Positions 27,329-40,600 of a stretch of DNA of 64,000 nt are shown one piece after another. The first letter of the stretch is position 1; every line of letters starts with the position of its first letter. The notes below the pieces were generated by a model. That model was not told the DNA's origin. It worked only from the letters and a program-made list of their open reading frames with translations, and ran no database searches. The stretch is from Trichoplax adhaerens (lineage: Eukaryota; Animalia; Placozoa). The stretch covers positions 6,587,648-6,651,647 of the forward strand of contig NW_002060947.1 in assembly GCF_000150275.1 (NCBI RefSeq), written 5' to 3'. The position numbers and the translations under genes were made by a program.

Positions 27329-27840
27329 AATTGAAAGGGAGTTTTATTCAGTACTTTAAGTTATATGAGTTAATGTTACGTGATTGTACAGAGGTCTTAG
27401 CTAGATTCAGTACTTGTAAGTAAAGCGTCCGTACGAGTGGACTTTTGATTACTTAAGTTTTAAACATTTATAGGAAATTTCAAATATCTATTTTAAGATA
27501 ACGGCAAAAGATTTTTCATCTTATTCTAATAAAGAAATAATATTAACTGCTTTGTTGTATATTATTATAAGCTGTAAGTACGTTCAAGACATTGAGAATA
27601 TTTGTTGTCAATGACTTTGTATATTGTTTCGTACAGCGTTTAAAACCAGCTGTATGTGTTCTCAATCATGCATGATATATGTACGCTTAATTTTATCAAT
27701 TTTGGAATAACGCCTAAATGTATACGCCAAATACAATTAACTAAGCTGACCAAGAAAATAACATTTTCCTCAAACAGTTCTTATTGAAAGTATTAATAAA
27801 GTTTATTAAGAATTTATACACAGATATGAGGTTTTTTTTT

Positions 27841-30722
27841 TTACATAAAATCCATTGCGGCCATCCCTTCATCTAAGAAACGTTTGTAGATACTCATAAA
27901 TTTGGCAACAAAAGCTTCTAAGTGAAATATTGCTTTGCGTCCCATTTGGATACGATGTTCGTAGAACGCTGCTAAGGCTGTGATTTCAGTCTTCAATTGA
28001 CCATCCGAGTTCACGATTAATTCAGACAATAATCCCTGGGTCATGATAAAGCAGTGCTCATATTAGTGATTTACAGTTTACGACTATACGGTGGGTGTAC
28101 TGTCCGGCAGTACGTTTTGGTAGATACTAGATAAGGAGAGTGGTTATTAAACAAATGTATCGCTAGCTCAGCGCCGTATGCAATTGCGTTAGACAAAGCG
28201 ATACGGCATTATTAGCATCGCTGGCTTAATACTGTAATATTTATTCTATTCACATAATCTAGCAATGGTCCAATAGGAAGGTATTCCTAGTATTAGACTA
28301 ATTTCGCTAACGTTTAACAATGAGTATAAAATAAACTTACCTTAATAATAACGTCTGGTGGAATGCAGTGGCAGAGTAATTCGTAAAGTCTAGCTCTTAC
28401 CTCTAATAATCTAATAATCATAAAGCCACGTTAGGTTCAATATTTAATAACGGCATCACCGATTTCATGCTACTACTACTAGCTTTTTCAGCGGCTGCAA
28501 GACTACGTATATGCGATAGACTAATATACCTTTTGGGATTTTGTTGTTCTACTATTGCTGCCGCCGTTTCACGCAAATATATTTCCCATTCTGCTTCAGA
28601 TACCGGCTGATCTGGTGTAAAAGGATACCTGCAGGCCATGTAAAACATAAAGTCTTATACCAAAGTTGCAAACTTTACGGTATACCGTATCTCGAATAGT
28701 ATCGATGAACTTACTGTTGAACTTTACATGCTTCACACATTAACAGTGCTCTTCGTAAATTTCTTTTCGATTGTTCCGCTATGCGAACGGCCAATTCTTG
28801 ATTCAATGTTAAACCTTCTTTCTTACAGACACCATGCAATACTTGGGTTATCTATTGAGGTAAATCGTTGACATAATCAAGCAATCAATATTCTAGTTCC
28901 AACAGAACGTTACAATCGTCTTGAGGTCCTTACATATGAGCCTAAGCCTAAAAATTCACCATAAAATTATCCAAATATAGTTAAAATCAATTATCTACGT
29001 GCCTCATCTGCAGTTGGAGCAGCAACGCGTATCCCTAGACAACGACTTCGAACTGCTGGTATTACCCTACTAGTAGAGTTGCAACATAGTATCAATCGAC
29101 ACGTTGAGATATATTTTTCCATAGTTCGTCTTAAGGCATGCTGCGCATCTTTCGTCAATCGATCCAGTTCCATGACCACGATAACTGTAGGCCATATACA
29201 AATGCAATAAAATGCAAAAACTCTTTAGTGTTGGATAATTTAGTGAGAAAGGATTAGTCATTATCTGAATGCACCTTTAAAATTCTTTTGTGAAATGGCA
29301 TCTAACTGTTGGGTTTGTGCAACAGATTTGATCATCCCTTGAATGACAACTCTATCGTTATTTTTCGCATCGCTGTGCAGAATTGAGAAAAGGCAAAATA
29401 AAAGCGAAATTAGGTCAGGTAGTGCCTCACGTCTGCAGTTAGATACAAAATCTTGACGAATGTACGTAATTACTATAACTCTAGATCTTCAGAAATGATA
29501 ATACAGTAAATAAATGAAGAATGAGGCTGACATGGATCATCCAGTCGTATTTATCGGTATTGCTAGAATTACATTCGAATACAGATTACCTTGGATTAAT
29601 CTCAATATGGTAATTGCTGGCTACTGTTGTTATTTCAATCTTTTTCTTTGACGGTGTCTGAAAGAAATGGTATTATATTAATCTATTTCATTCAGATCGT
29701 TCAAATAAGTATAAATTGTCTTCGTAAATGGTCTAAATTACAATAACACATCAATAACGATGTTTCGATTTTAAGATAGTACAAGAATAGCTGTAGTCAA
29801 TGCTCTTCATCCTAGCAATAGATTTTTAGCAAATTCACTGAGAATTTAAATTTTTAGGATGCAGAAGTTAAGACTACAGTATTATGAATATAAGCCAACA
29901 AATTTAGTTGATAGCCTAACCTGTAAGTAATCATTTCCTGCTAGCAAAAATGATACAGGTGAATATATTCGCTTTTTACCTCAAATGTCTGATGTTCTAC
30001 TCGCAATTTTTCAACCCCAGCACCATACAATTCCCTTAACATAGCCATGATTCTGGTTTTCTTACCAGCTCCAGATGGTCCATAAAATAGTAAATGAGGA
30101 AAATCCCCACTCTGAATCTAAGTAATCAGGACAATTACGAAATAGAATTAATAGGCACATAATATCTTGAAGAATTTCTTACCAGCTCTAGAGCATGTTT
30201 GTGGCAATTTGTTATCTAAAAGTATTGTATGTTAATTATAGCTGATTCAAGTATACTAACATGCCATTATCTCTCGCTGATCTATTTGAATACAGTAGTG
30301 TAAATCTTGAAACCTGCAAATGCAACTTTAAGCTCCACAATACCGTATATTCTAGTCAATTGGCATAACAATCAATCAATCAGTTAATGCCACTCTGCAT
30401 AATTTCTGTATCATGTTAACGTATAGAACTTGTCATTGATGGTAACGCCATCTTGACAACTTCTTACAACTATCGTAAGGGTACGTTCATAAAACATACT
30501 ATAATTGAATGCATGATGTGAAATTGTCCTAGTAGAAAGTCCAAGGATCAACATTGCCTCCATTTATAGCAGGTGAACCTGCCCGCTGTCGTTCTGCAAT
30601 GGGATCAATTCAATTTTATAGCATTGCAAGCTTACCAAATTTTTCAACTGTTCTGCTAAATCCTTATGGTAATCCAATTTGGACAACGATGTGGGTCGAT
30701 ATTTATCTACCCACAAACTCAT
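27841..30722 (-). CDS. RFC3: Replication factor C subunit 3 (38 kDa; yeast Rfc5 orthologue)
   Basis: MSLWVDKYRPTSLSKLDYHK; DFPHLLFYGPSGAGKKTRI (Walker A); ASNYHIEINP; LTKDAQHALRRTMEKY..SRC; EHRIQMGRKAIFHLEAFVAKFM. About 9 exons. Confidence 0.97.
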
Positions 30723-31201
30723 CTTGATTTTGTATTCTTCCCGTTAATGTTGAGCAATTAATATGACCAATGATAAATAAGAATCAAGGACTCCTCTCGA
30801 GGAACTACTGTCAATCGATTGCAGCAGGCAGTTAGAAACCTGTAGCGAAGTTTAATTTCAGTCTTTCACAGCTAAATAAGCTTACTAGAATATTAATAAT
30901 TTGCAATCTAGCTAGCATGCTATACCTTGATCACTTTGGAAGCCTTACAACAACTTTAAAGGATAGCTAAAAGCTTTCTGTTTTTCTTTTTTATTCTACT
31001 CGCCCTGATCGCCGCCACTAATTGAGCTCAGCTGCCCAAGGAAGCAGTTTACCGAAATACTATACTGGTGCACAATCAGTACTTCGGTAACAAGGGCAGG
31101 GACTGCCCCTTAGAATGAAATCAGATTTTACCAACTATTATAGTGTACAGTACAAGGCTGTACTGTAGCAGGATAAAATACACTGTGCAAATCGTAGCGA
31201 A

Positions 31202-31213
31202 TTTCCCGCCAAA
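31202..31213 (+). promoter_or_regulatory. E2F consensus site TTTCCCGCCAAA about 480 bp upstream of the RFC3 start codon
   Basis: Exact E2F motif in an AT-rich background. RFC genes are established E2F targets. Confidence 0.6.
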
Positions 31214-31323
31214 TCTGGACGGACAGACGTCATGGAACAATGCTGTAGTGTTTGATACGAGCTGGTTGCCTATGGTGATAATAGTGTTGGAAACGTTTCA
31301 GCCTTAAGTTTAAAGGTATACAT

Positions 31324-31778
31324 TAAGTAAACCTCTCCAAATAGTATATCTCGATGGTTTTATAAGATGTTAATTAATTAATAATGGAGCTGTCAGCATT
31401 AGCAACGCGATGGGGCTCATTATAGTGCGTATGCATATGTAGATATAAATTTATAGCGTAATGCGCGAAAGGTTTATATCAAATTTATATAGTACTATAC
31501 GGTAGCATGAGTACTAGAATATTATAATAAATAAATACGTAAATATTTAAGCATATAGGTATACTGTAAGTAAACTTCTCCAAATAGTACATCTCGATGG
31601 TTTTTATAAGAAGTTCATTAATAACGGAGCTGCCAGCATTAGCAACGCGACGGGGCTCATTATAGTGCGTATGCACATGTAGATATAAATTTATAGCGTA
31701 ATGCCCGAAAGGTTTATATCAAACTTATATAGTATTGTATAGTAGCATGAGTACTATAATATTATAATAAATACGTAA
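31324..31778. repeat. Tandem duplication, 2 copies of about 215-243 bp
   Basis: taagtaaac.tctccaaatagta.atctcgatgg...gtagcatgagtacta.aatattataataaata starts at about 31324 and 31567. Confidence 0.9.
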
Positions 31779-32917
31779 GTATGCCATTACATTCCGAATG
31801 AATAATAATATAAGACTAACATACTGTATAATGTATATATAGATATTGAGAGATACTGCATAGATAGATTATGGCACTGGAATAGGCGGCTTTTTCCTGG
31901 TAATAATTGTAGTCATAACTGATCATTAACTAAACTTTTGAAGGCAACAATTGCGATAGATTGGCGTTACTATTTCTTCGACTTGGAAAGTTGAAATGTC
32001 ACGGACGGCTACATTTTGCGAGTGAGGAGCAATTGCACCTTTGGGCTCACGTGTTGTACTGTTGAGAGCGGATAGGCGTAGTGAAAACTAAGTAATAATT
32101 AATCTACACGGCGAAGCTCGTTTCTTTTAGTTTAGATATTCAAATTAATTGATTACATTATTATTATTAACACAGTACCTGGTATCAATATGGACTTCTG
32201 GAAATCTTTATCTTGCGTGATTGATCTAGTGCCGCCAACAAAAACGTAACGAATGCTATGAAAATACTCGTACTGTAGATCTGATAGGCTAGCCAGAGCT
32301 GCGCACAATTCTTTTCTTATTTATACAGCAACTGCTGCATTCACGTAAATATGTCGTCATCCAAATTGAGCTCTACGTCAAGAGCTCAAGTGATAGAGAC
32401 GGCGATGTTATACACTAGTTAATCATTCATTTGTTAGATCGTTAATCTAAGCTTGGCTAGCATTCTTTTCTTAACATAGCATAATGAAACTGATGTTATA
32501 ATACGGAGAGTTTGATAGTAGATATTATTATACAATCTCACTTAAAGTAGCTATTAAGTACGTGGGTAACTGGAAGGTACGAGTAGATCAAATAAACGTA
32601 GGCTAAACTGGGCAATGATATAACTGCAGCTTAGTAGAATATCATTTTATTATCCAGAGATAGCTCCCCAAAAGAGTTCATTGGAGTAAGTTATAATTGG
32701 ACATTAATTTTTAGCCGGAAAATGCTATAGCATTTTGCACTACCTACCAATAAACAATTTCAATTTATTAACTTATGCGCACTAATAGAGAAGCCCAATA
32801 CTACTCTTGATGCTACAATTCAAGCATATTTTATGCGTCCTCTATTCTTATTTTCATGACAGGATTCTACGATTCTACATAATGTGAATAATGGATTAAT
32901 ACAGGTGTTGAATTTAC

Positions 32918-35524
32918 TTAATCATCGTCAGCAACTGCAAGATTGACAATGCCGATCTTGGCAGAGATATTGGTCCAGAATTTAAAGCTGCGCTTTCGCA
33001 TTAGGTAACCTAATTTGGTAATAATTTCTTCCCTTTTAACCAAGTTAATTCCTCTAGGCTGGGTTAGCACCGCTCCAAGTATCCCTTTTCGTGCTCGAGC
33101 GCCCCTATGTTTTAGTAGAAATTCACTACAGTGAAATTTTTCTGCCGTGAAATCAGTTTTCCAATAAATTTTAGACTCTCCTCTTACAAATTGAATAACT
33201 CTTGCTGTGGTCAAATGGTCACTATTGGCTGTCCTTTCATCAATGGGTGGCCTTTTCTCCCACTTATAGAAATTAGTATATTTTAGCGAGCGCACATGAG
33301 TATTTCTACCCGATTTGGAAATGATATTTTCTAAATCTTGAAAGACTTCCAGATTGGATGATATTCTTATCTTCCTTTCAATGGCAGCGTGGACAGGATT
33401 AGCTGTCATAAATGTATGGCTAGGAGTAAGATATTTTAAAGTAAGCTTTTTCAAACTAACGATATTCGTGTTAATGATATGAGCCATTGCGTTATAGAGT
33501 GTCCAATTTTTATTTTGCCCGGCATGATTGTCCAGCCAAAGCGTAATGTGCTCGATTCCATTATAAGATTTCAAACCCTCAATAAATGCACTTGCAATTT
33601 CCGAATCACCTCTGCCGGCTTCCCCTTCATGCCAGAGGATGCATACGTTGGGTACTGCCATTGTTGCTCGTCCTAGTGGGACAAAGGTCTGGTTAAAACA
33701 TATTAAACGTTTAGTTCTAGCTGCTATCTGTGTATGGTTGGCCAGAACAGGCAAAAGTAGAAATTTTTGCAAATCAGCTGTCAAGTAAGCATCTGTGCTA
33801 GACTGTTTTTTCTTTCTATCTATATGATAATAAAATCGTGCTTGCCTATAGAAATTAGTATGAGCTGTATACTCTTGACATTTAATACAATTTCTATTTA
33901 TCCTTGTATGTCGATGTTGTTTGTAGCTAAAACAGCTGGGACACACGTCTGATCCTAGACTTGTAAACTTGATATTCATCTTTTGTAATTGCTTTTGATA
34001 TAAAGAATAATCCAAGCCTTCTATTAGATGTTTCTGTATGAGATTTTGATACATCGATTTGATTGTTAAACTCCCAGGTAAATAAAATGCCCTGGGTGCT
34101 TCTTCAATTCTATAGTGGCTTATGCATGGATTGAATGATAAAATTTGCTTTCTTATAACCTCAATAGCGCTCGGTTGTAAGGCATTTTTGAAGGTCACTT
34201 TAATGATTCTATCACCTAATATATTACCGTCCGCTTTTCTCAAAGCTCGATTTATAAAACAATCGGACAATAATCCTATGGTATTCATAAACATCCTTTT
34301 ACAAACATCAATTTTGACCAAATCAGGAGTTGGCAAACTGTAACGCTTTGTGTATGCTCTATAAGTTTTTCCCTTCGTCATTCGTCTGCGCTTTTAAACT
34401 TCCAATATTCGAATATGCTCAACGATCCATACTTTCTTTTTACTAGTAGACATCTTCCAAAATTTATTGTATAAATCTTTGCAATAATTTGTTGGTAGAT
34501 CCTCTCCTTTGCAAGGTCTTCTGTAGCAATGACACGGTCCACGAAATGGATGCCTTATTTTGGCTTTCTCAATAGATTCTTTACATAATCTTTTTTCTTT
34601 TATGTGTATTTGCTGCTTACTTATTTCTAAATCTGTAGCTGGATCACTGCTAATCTCATCGGAAGGAGAGGATTCTGTAAGGTTAAATGATATTTTAAAT
34701 CAGGATCAAGAAAATTTTCATTATTCTATTTAGTACAAAAGTTGGTTTGATATTCCTTCTCGCAAGTTTGTAAAATATCTGCGGAAATTATAGACAGTTA
34801 CAATGTCAGATGCACATATACTTAGGTCTATCCTTCTTTAGAGCGTATGTGTAGCTCAATAATGTTACTGCAAAATACCTACCCGTACGAAATTCCTTAT
34901 ACAAGATGCTATTAGAAAGATTGTTCAGAATAGCATCTCGAGTACTGCGAGCTTATAACATAGTTCAATTATACGCATTATTTAGTTTTTCATGTTATAC
35001 AGTAACTATCGAAGGAGTAAGCTTTGTGCTTAAGCTCTATCCTCGTATATTGATGTAGCAATATGTACGAGTATTATGTGTTGTAATTGTAAAGTGCGAT
35101 GTACAGTATTGTATATGAAATTTTTATTAAGATCATAACGTTGTTAGTGATCACGTTTTTGTAAGTTGAAATTACTAAGTTACGTCGTAAGTAAAGATAC
35201 ACAAATAAAAAGATAATTTTTAAAGTTCTAAGATTTATGCATTGAGTTACTGGAAGTGAAAGTTAGGGGTTAATGAGAGGTCTAGTTCCCAGTGTGTAAG
35301 GGAAACACAACATTATGTACTTTAGCCGTTTGTTGAAGCGAAATTAAAATGTATTTGAATATATTAAGATTGGAACAAAACCATAATTTTAGGCAATTGA
35401 AGTAAAAATTTCTAGTTTTTAAAAGTGTGCAAGATTTGGTATTTCTCCTGACTTGTATGAAATGTCATAATAGTTGCAAAGTACCTGAGGTTGTCAGCGA
35501 ATCCGAGGTCTGCTGATCGGTCAT
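32918..35524 (-). mobile_element. Sola-type DDD transposase-derived gene (domesticated or decaying), with an in-frame TAA at 34394-34396
   Basis: The 487-aa ORF has VCKRMFMNTIG, SHYR, DVCPSC..C..C..H, ADLQK..LP, WHEGEAGRGDSEIAS, WLDNHAGQNKN and SHTFMTANPVHAAIE. The same frame extends upstream through one TAA to a splice acceptor at about 34675 (PCHC..C..FW), and a phase-1 upstream exon lies at about 35524-35485. No TIRs recognised. The family assignment is from motif recall. Confidence 0.75.
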
Positions 35525-35579
35525 TGAATATTTCCGCTGACTTGTAATATCTTGTTGGCAAGATTCAACGTATCAACTG

Positions 35580-35629
35580 NNNNNNNNNNNNNNNNNNNNN
35601 NNNNNNNNNNNNNNNNNNNNNNNNNNNNN
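35580..35629. other. Assembly gap (N run)
   Basis: 50 N bases. Confidence 1.
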
Positions 35630-37635
35630 TCTTGTTTCAGAGGCTTTATAGTATATCATGGCAGTTTAATAGAATATTAAGTTAGGTACATTTGGTAGAA
35701 ATATTGTGCAAATGCCGTATTAATAAAGTTGTAATGTAATATGAATTTCCAGCTTGTTAGCTGTATGAGTTTCGTATTTATTATATTAGCTAAGTTCGAT
35801 ATGCATTAATTTAGCTTTAATTAACTATACGAACATATCAGTAAGGATAAGAATCGTGATGGCTATCTTAATGGATATTCGAAGTTAGCCATTCTAGTAT
35901 GATACTACTATCTTAGATGCCCCCCCCCGTTCAACCTGATAACCGAGTCTGCACAAATATCGGCAGCAGGTTTTTGTAATATTAGAGGAAGTACCTTGTC
36001 GGGGCATAGTCATTATTTAATGGTTTTAAATTAATCGCTGGTAAGATAAAGTAATTTTTATGAAAAAATACTTATCATTACAATTATAGTGATATCAAAT
36101 TGTTGTCGCAGTATTACAGAGTAAATCCATGTTGTGAATTATTAAGTTGGACGCATATCCTCGTTTTTGTGTTGGTGGCTTTTATTAGGTCAACTATGTA
36201 CGTATTAAACTGGGTATTTTTGTTTTTGCTATTTTCAGAGTTGGAAGTTAGCTTATTAACTGTAATGCTAAGCCATTACCAAATTGCGTATGACAATGAA
36301 CGATAATCCCATCACTGTGTGTAGAAGTGAAAGGCATGATAAATTTGCCAATTAAAATTCCATTATAAAGGTATGAGAAAAAATCCAACTAGTTATCAAA
36401 GTACTTTCTTTTAAGTACATTTCCACTGTATTATCTATTTCTGTAGATGTCACGACTAAGGAGATTATATAAAATGGGTATACTGTACTTTCGTTGATCC
36501 AATAAAAACTACTTCGTAACTTAATATTAAGTACTGTACCTTTTAACCGACAGACAAGTTTATGGTCAAGGAGTACAGTATACTCTTTTACTGCGCTAAT
36601 GGCTTTTTGTTTAGCTCCAATTTTTTATACAGTTTGCATAACTATGATGAATAGATTTCATTCATTTCCTCTAATAAATTCTAATTAGTCCATTAATCTA
36701 ATTACAGGAATGACTCAACATCCTTTCTTCTTAACCCTTTGTATGCTCCACTATAGGATTCGCTGTGACCAACGCTAGATTTTATCGTCTTAAATTTGAA
36801 CTAATAGATGTCTAATTAATAGTACCATAGCACAGACAGTGATCAAAGTATACACCTTTATTTCTATCATTTGTACAATCTGAGTCAAAAATTTACGCAG
36901 TAAAACTGATTCAAATTTACAGTTAAGTTGAATTATTTCACATCAGATAGCAGAAGAAAATTTCCAATAGCTTATTCTTGCCGTAAAGTTGCTTGTCTTT
37001 CCCTTAAAATGATCGAGAAAAACTAGGGAAAATGAGTTTTTAAACTGGAGTTTATGCACTGTCTGTGATGACCTTCATTGAGAAAAAATCTCTTTGAATT
37101 GAACACTTAGGAATACGAATACCATCGTCATGGAGAGTTAACAGTGTAGGGAAATGAATATCATGGGCCTGTAAAGTTCACAGTATTCAACGTACAACTG
37201 CAGATGCGAATAGTGTTGATATTCCCTTTACTGTTCATTTACTTCTTTTTGCTGGCCAATATGGTAAAGTCCCCTGTTTGGTTTTGCAGGCCCGATCGAT
37301 CTTTGTGGTGGAAAGAGTTGAAGAAAGTCCATCTGGTTGTCCTTCTGTAGCACCTCTTTTGATGTACTGTACTGTACCGTCATGGACTACAATATTAAAC
37401 TACAGTACAGTACTGTACTCCGTGGTACTGTACACTGTACCGAACGCCATGTTTTGAACTGGATTTTGAACCCCTACTGAACTGTATAGTCCTGTACTAG
37501 ATGTACAGTATAGTACTGTATTTGTAGTGTTGTATGTGCAGTATTTGGGCAGTTGCGATCACCTAACCTGTGAAATTGATTTAGTTCTTCTCGCCCTAGT
37601 CGGTGAAGTTTTACACAATCTGCAAATCCTAACCA

Positions 37636-40600
37636 ATGCAGGACGACGAAAGGCAACCTTTGGTATGTATAACAAATATATTAGGAGTTATTCGTGGTGG
37701 GATATTGTCATTCAGTGTCTATATACTTACAGAAGGGAACTCCATTGCGCTTGTTTTTCAAATTTTGAATGTCCATTAGCGTCTTTGATCAACGTACAAT
37801 ATTTTCTCATTGCTGTTTCACTGGCAAAAAAAAAATGAGATTTATCGTGAATGGAGATTAAAATTGTGATGAAATTATTACGGATCAACACCATTCGAGG
37901 CTACACTATTCTATGTATGTTATATACAACTTTAAGTATAGAAAGAACGCCTTAGATTAGAAAAATATTGGGACGCACTTGATCAAGTGGACGGCACAGT
38001 GAAGAAATACTTGGAATAATTAATGTTCAATTGGATCTTCTTGATATTAGACAAAATAGCCAAGATTATTCTTCAATTTTCTTACAGTGATGATAAAATA
38101 GAGTTTACCTAGTTAGTACTTAAGAATCGCTATTTAAAAGGGTATTGATTGCTTATTTTGATTCTCTTTTGAAAGAATCAAAATAAAAGTCTATAATTCA
38201 TATACCTGTATACACGAGTATCCAAATTATGACTTTTGTCAGTAACGCAAATTACAGAAAATGTAAATCTGGATCGATTGCTATGCGTCTAGATATGATT
38301 ATTAACTTTTAAAAAAGATTCCATTAATAAGGATAAATACTTTGCAAGCATGTACAAGATTCGAGTGAACACTTTTATTAACCTAAAACAACATAAAGAT
38401 TTAAAATGGGAAATAGAGAAAAAAAAAGTACACAAGAGTCGATACTGTGCTATATCGACTGTTCGATACAGCACAGTGCCGTAGCTGACACAGTATAGCT
38501 ATCGAGGGCCGTCACGGAACTTCATTTTATATGCGCATATAGTGCTGACGCGATTGGTTCCTCTACTCCTACTTTACTGTATATACACTATGGGGTGCCA
38601 CACACAAAGATCAGGCGTTCCATACTTGACCCATAGAGTAGAATACATAGAGATCAGTCGTGGAGCCAATGTACCTACTATGCTGTATTATATATTTAAA
38701 ATACCCATCTAATGTAGCAAGGAAAGTCCTCACTAAATCATCTAATGTTAGAATTGCTGATGGACGATATCTGGATGAAGTACATCTAATGGCATATGCG
38801 TATAAGTGTATTTAGTAAAATTGCAATAGTTTCTAAATAAACTTATCATTTAATATCGGATCCAATGTACATACTGTACAGTATTGTATTTTTTTAAAAC
38901 ACCCATCTAATGTAGTAAGGAAAGTCCTCTCTAAATCATCTAATATTAGAATTGCTGATGGACGATATCTGGATGAAGTACATCTAATGGCATAGGCGTA
39001 TAAATGTATTTACTGTTAGTAAAAATCATAATAGTTTCTGAATAAACTTATTATTTAATATTGGACCCAATGCACATACTGTACAGTATTGTATTGTTTT
39101 AAAACACCCATCTAATGTAGTAAGGAAAGTCCTCACTAAATCATCTAATATTAGAATTACTGATGGACGATATCTGGATGAAGTACACCTAATAGCATAT
39201 GCGTATAAATGTATCTAGTAAAATTATAATAGTTTCTGAATAAACTTATTATTGAATATCGGATCCGTATTATAATGACTGTATTATTGGTGTTAATTGG
39301 ACGCGGCTATTAACAGGGTTCTACATCACTGCCAAAAATACCTGTGCATTAACGCTACTGTCAAATATTCACGCTTGATTTCCTTACAAGACTTCAAAAT
39401 TGGAGCTTTGTTGATTTTTTCTACTTCCTTGGTCCATTTAGGTTGCCAATGAAGAAAGATCACATACTGATGAAAATGATGAAACTCAGCCTATCATGGA
39501 GGCTACCCATTCGGATGGAAATCAGGTGGAAATGCAACAAGAATGCGAACACAGTGAAAATGCACCTGCAATATCCAGCTCTACGGATTTGAATCATGAA
39601 GCACTTTGCCCACAATACGATTCTCCGCCGCCTGTTGCAAATCTCGAAGATTACCCAATAGCTTCGGAATTACCTCCTGAATATGACAGTGGATACAATC
39701 AGGGTAAGCTTTGGCCGTCAATTCAAAGTCAACTAGCACTTGACGAATGATATGATGATCGAGATTTAATATCTGTATGCGCTATTAATTTATGTAGCAT
39801 TAAAAATGTATATTTACCCAATAGCTTCAGAATTACCTCCAGAATATGACAGTCGATACAATCAGGGTAAGCTTTGGCCGTCAATTCAAAGCCAACTAGC
39901 ACTTGACGAATGATATAGTGATCGAGATTTAATGTCTGTATGCCCTATTAATTCGTGTAGCAGTAAAAATGTATATATCAGGACTGGCTTGATGATCTTT
40001 AATTTCTGTGCATTATATCTTCTTGTAGACTGGGGTAAAAATCAATCTACTGCACTTCCGCAATCTAGTCAATCCGTTGCTCAACATCAGCATTATCAAA
40101 TTGACCCAAGAAGTATGCATATTCCAAGGATACCGACATACGATGAAGCTGAAAGACATAAGCAAGGTTCCGTTCGGGTAAGAATGCACAAGTAGGCGAA
40201 ATAGGCTTTGTGCAGTAGTTACTAATGTTGAAGTACGGCTATGATCCAAACCCTATACTATGTGACTTACTTAATTGGAACTAATTGAAGAGTCTCATTT
40301 GTTAACCGTCTATCATTAATCTTTTCGTTATGTAATAGCCAAGGCGTCGGCGTGAAGAGGAACTTACTGATGGTGAGTACTAGAGTTTAATTATATGTCA
40401 TCTACTTTAAGTTTACCACAGGAAATGGACTACAAACTGCAAGCGACATGTCATTGTAACTTGTTTTATCTTTTATCGTAGATGAACTTGGAACAGGATT
40501 TGCTTTTATGGGTTCAATGTTTGGTAAGCTTGACTTTGTTTTACTGTAGTCTAATCTAGTCATAAAGAATACATAAGTAACAATTATTTATTGAAGTTAT

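Noticed and set aside
33479-34343. Plus-strand ORFs (also 63161-63553 and 40013-40249)
   Set aside because: Antisense shadows of real coding exons.
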